The notes under the pieces: model-generated
What the model was told of the DNA's origin: nothing
What the model saw: only the letters and a program-made list of their open reading frames with translations
The model's database searches: none
Program-made: the position numbers and the translations under genes
NCBI GenBank assembly: GCA_032718475.1
Contig: JAUCBJ010002429.1
Location: forward strand, 77,503 to 141,502
DNA length: 64,000 nucleotides
Reading direction: 5' to 3'
Source of the DNA: Nemertoderma westbladi
Lineage: Eukaryota; Animalia; Xenacoelomorpha
Shown here: one piece after another, positions 61,471 to 64,000 of the stretch
How the letters are laid out: every line of letters begins with the position of its first letter
How positions within the stretch are numbered: position 1 is the stretch's first letter

Positions 61471-61904
61471 TCAAAGGAGATACAACTGGGTTAAAGGGGT
61501 TCGGGGCCCTGGATCAAAGGAGATACAACTGGGTTACAACTCATTAATTTTTGACTCATATCATACATGCTATGTTATATGCATTCATTTTCCTGTGTGA
61601 AAACTCAAAACACGGCTTTTTCTGCGAAATGAAATGACTGCCATAGTGGCAAAATAATGGCCCAAACACGTGAAGATTGGCATTGACACTTTTTCACTTT
61701 TTGGGCAGTTTTCGAACGTGTACGTACTGTACATTGAAAGGAGGAAGCAGATAATGTGTGATGGCGGGGAGAGGCATACCTTACCTTACTGACACTTACT
61801 GACACTCCATACACTGACACTCAGCTGCTCCTTGTATTGGATACATTCATGTAACGCTCACATTAGAGGCACCTCTCGTATTGGATAAACGTACATAACA
61901 CTCA

Positions 61905-62168
<264 letters not shown>

Positions 62169-62391
62169 CTATCTAAATAAAACATGTTGGCTTTGAGACA
62201 TTTTGAACGTGGGTCCAATCCCAATGACTCCAATCCAAAATGCTAATTTAAAGACCGAAGATGAGAAAGGGAAGATAATTTGTGGAACGTATCCTACAAG
62301 ATTTGTAATGTCTCTGCTGTATATCACACAAATTGAAATTTCCAAGTTGCGGTTTACTTTAGTGTTAAAGTCTGCAGAGTGTGGTTAACTA

Positions 62392-62547
<156 letters not shown>

Positions 62548-62569
62548 TCATATAGTATTCTAGTCATAC

Positions 62570-62840
62570 TAGTGAGCTGCATGCAGCTGGTGGTATATAG
62601 TTGTGAACATATGGCTGGCAACATATACTAGTCAGCTGCATGCAGCTGGCGACATAGTCAACAGCTTGTAGCTGGCGACATATTCTAGTCAGCTGCATGT
62701 AGCTGGCGGCATATAGTAGTTAGCACTCAGCAGCATGCAGCAGACGCCACGTAGTCGTCAGCTGCATGCAGCTGGCAGCTCATAGTAGTTAGAGACATGC
62801 AGTTGCGGTATATAGTAGTTAGCTGCATGCAGCTGGCGGA
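62570..62840. repeat. Intronic degenerate minisatellite with the palindrome AGCTGCATGCAGCT
   Basis: About 8 perfect or degenerate copies at roughly 30-60-bp spacing. Confidence 0.8.
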
Positions 62841-62939
62841 ATATTTAATGGAAACAATATTAATAAATGGAGAGACAGGGTGGGTGGCGTGGGGGAGGGA
62901 AACTGGACGCAAATCCCATCTTGGCGAATTAATGGTGTT

Positions 62940-63048
62940 CGGACACTTCCCCCCCCCCCCCCCCCACACTTCCCCCCCCCCCCCACACTTCCCCCCGGAC
63001 ACTTCCCCCACAGACACTCCCCCCCCCCCCCGGACACTTCCCCCCCGA
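62940..63048. repeat. GGACACTT-poly(C) repeats
   Basis: About 6 copies of (GGA)CACTTCCCCC. Confidence 0.75.
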
Positions 63049-63723
63049 CTGTTCTCAACTTCGCACATTCGTATTTTTCATTTTGTAAGGTAAACGGACC
63101 GCTTGTATCCAGACAAGTTGTATCCAATTTTCCTTTCGTAGCTCAGAAAGTGATCTTTTGCATCCCGATTTTACATTTTATATCCAAGTTTTATTTATGG
63201 GTTTTATCAATGCAATTACATCGTATTGTTTGCTAATCTTTAAACAATTAATTAGATGACCTATAAATTCCATCCCCCGAATGATATACTGTTTTTATTA
63301 ACTATAGAATTATAATAATTAATTGTTTTAATTATAGGTATTATTATGTAATAGTCTTCTTCAAATTGTAGCAGATGGGGATGAATATTATTGTTGCAAT
63401 CAAAATTATACCTCTCCAGGGTAAAATCGACATGCGTCGACCTGTATTCTGTGTTCAGCATTACATATTGATATACATATTACTACTATACTATATATAT
63501 AGATATTATACACACTACATATTAAATTTCCTGGTTACTTGCAATATTTTTAATAGGATTTTGTTGAATTATATAATATTGTAGTAATTTATATATTAAT
63601 TTGGTTAACATTCAATACAGCTCCTACTTTAGGCTTAGTCAATTTATTATCTGATGATACAAACATGAATTGATTATTTCAAAACGGTCTCAAAGTCTTT
63701 CACCACGGGCACACAGGGAAATG

Positions 63724-63858
63724 CCGGGGTTTGGGGGCGGCAGCCCCCAAGAAAAGAAGCGGGGGTTTGGGGGCGGCAGCCCCCAAGAAAAGAAGCAGGG
63801 GTTTGGGGGCGGCAGCTCCCAACAAAAGAAGCGGGGGTTTGGGGGCGGCAGCCCCCAA
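63724..63858. repeat. Tandem repeat of about 36 bp, 4 copies
   Basis: GGGGTTTGGGGGCGGCAGCCCCCAAGAAAAGAAGC. Confidence 0.85.
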
Positions 63859-64000
63859 TTAAAAGAAAAACAAACAAAATTTGACTATAAAAATGTTTCT
63901 TTTATAATTTTGAAAAAACTTGTCTAGATACAACTTGTCCTGTAACCATCTTTAACTTTTGTTTATTGCTTTGATGCACCCAGATTAATTTTAACACTTT

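Overview
Repeat-rich eukaryotic DNA, most likely from an invertebrate animal (spliceosomal introns, Nin-type tRNA-derived SINEs, CR1/RTE-type LINEs). The first 30 kb hold two BEL/Pao LTR retrotransposons. Element A (543-14221, minus strand) is young, with 538-bp LTRs that look identical and an ATTTG target-site duplication (TSD). It appears nested in the 5' leader of element B (plus strand, gag-pol 14981-23107, 3' LTR 29073-30226). Main observation: both elements carry an extra ORF in the env position that encodes a DEDDy-type (WRN/EXD/Mut-7-like) 3'-5' exonuclease rather than an envelope protein. A deleted third element (C, 37640-40743) keeps the CCHC zinc-knuckle tail of the same ORF. Element A also lacks a tRNA primer-binding site (PBS); instead it has a 9-nt PBS-position sequence complementary to its own LTR (possible Tf1-like self-priming), a duplicated polypurine tract (PPT)/att module and a hairpin array. 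Host genes are an intronless type II membrane fibrinogen-domain gene, intronless ABHD10 and the 3' four exons of a ZSWIM4/5/6 gene whose splice donor is amplified about 34-fold as a minisatellite. The rest is LINE remnants, SINEs, MITEs, a solo LTR and tandem arrays. All family calls come from motif recognition by eye; no searches were run.
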